The translations under genes were made by a program, and so were the position numbers. From Octopus vulgaris (Eukaryota), in the NCBI GenBank assembly GCA_951406725.2, contig OX597826.1, positions 65,968,001-66,032,000 on the forward strand: 64,000 nt of DNA, in the 5' to 3' direction. Within the stretch, counting starts at the first letter, position 1, and every line of letters starts with the position of its first letter. A model generated the notes under the pieces. That model was given only the letters and a program-made list of their open reading frames with translations, was not told the DNA's origin and searched no databases. This document shows positions 62,921 through 64,000 of the stretch, one piece after another.

Positions 62921-63573
62921 GGCAAAGTGGCTGAGTTCATTTCAAGCGTTGGGCCTCACGGAAGCAAAATGGCTGAGTTCATTTCAAGCGTTGGGCCTCA
63001 TGGAAGCAAAGTGGCTGAGTTCATTTCAAGCGTTGGGCCTCACGGAAGCAAAATGGCTGAGTTCATTTCAAGCATTGGGCCACATGGAGGCAAAGTGGCT
63101 GAGTTCATTTCAAGCATTGGGCCTCACGGAGGCAAAGTGGCCAAGTTCATTTCAAGCATTGGGCCTCACGGAGGCAAAGTGGCTGAGTTCATTTCAAGTG
63201 TTGGGCCTCATGTCTGCAAAGTGGCTGAGTTCATTTCAAGCATTGGGCCTCACGGAAGCAAAGTGGCTGAGTTCATTTCAAGCATTGGGCCTCACGGAGG
63301 CAAAGTGGCTGAGTTCATTTCAAGCATTGGGCCTCACGGAGGCAAAGTGGCCGAGTTCATTTCAAGCATTGGGCCTCACGGAAGCAAAGTGGCTGAGTTC
63401 ATTTCAAGCGTTGGGCCTCACGGAGGTATAGTGGCCGAGTTCCTTTCAAACATCAGGTCTCTGAAGGCAAAGTGGATGAGTTCCTTTTGAGCATTGGGTC
63501 TGACAGAGGCAAAGTGGCTGACTTCTTTTCGAGTGTTGGGCCTCATGGAGGCAAAGTGGCAGAGTTCCTTTCG
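62921..63573. repeat. 42-bp minisatellite (GGCAAAGTGGCTGAGTTCATTTCAAGCATTGGGCCTCACGGA)n within a family C element
   Basis: ~15 copies; continues into the family C 3' body at 63690-63860. Confidence 0.95.
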
Positions 63574-64000
63574 AGTGGAGGCAATGACCAAGACCTTTGG
63601 CATTATGTCATGCTCGAGAAGAAGACCCATTAAGCCGAGCAAAATCGCAGTCGTGGCTGATACTGGTGTCACACAAATGGCACCCATGCCGGTGGCATGT
63701 AAAAGCACCCATTACTCTCTTGGAGTGGTTGGTGTTAGGAAGGATATCCAGCTGGAGAAAACCATACTAAATCAGACTGGAGCCCAACACAGCCTTCCAG
63801 TGCGCCAGCCCAATCAAACTGTCCAACCCATGCCAGCATAAGCAACGGACGTTAAATGATACTCTTACTCTTTACTTGTTTCAGTCATTTCACTGCGGCC
63901 ATGCTGGAGCACTGCCTTTAGTCAAGCAAATCAATCCCAGGACTTATTCTTTGGAAGCCTAGTACTTATTCTTTGGAAGCCTAGTACTTATTCTATTGGT

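Noticed and set aside
62927-63490. 187-aa repeat-protein ORF
   Set aside because: A 42-bp minisatellite within a retroposon; no splice or promoter support.

Overview
AT-rich, repeat-dense animal genomic DNA. The SINE families and microsatellite load look like an octopus/coleoid cephalopod (recognition, not a database result). One protein-coding gene spans nearly the whole window on the minus strand: a complete SLC4A11 (BTR1/NaBC1)-like anion-exchanger-family transporter. I reconstructed it by hand as 19 GT-AG coding exons with consistent phases, from ATG at 56821 to TAA at 639 (2421 nt, 806 aa). The introns hold several tRNA-derived SINE families, mariner/Tc1 relics, non-autonomous Helitrons, piggyBac-type MITEs, CR1 and HERO-like LINE 3' ends, an LTR-like relic and minisatellites. 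The most interesting non-genic feature is a recent 691-bp insertion (44482-45172) in a SINE (TA)n tract. It is 1.4 copies of a 491-nt highly structured unit carrying a near-canonical type I hammerhead ribozyme in host-gene sense, i.e. a retrozyme/Penelope-pLTR-like element. At least four decayed hammerhead relics occur elsewhere in the window. Almost all ORFs in the supplied track are spurious repeat read-throughs.
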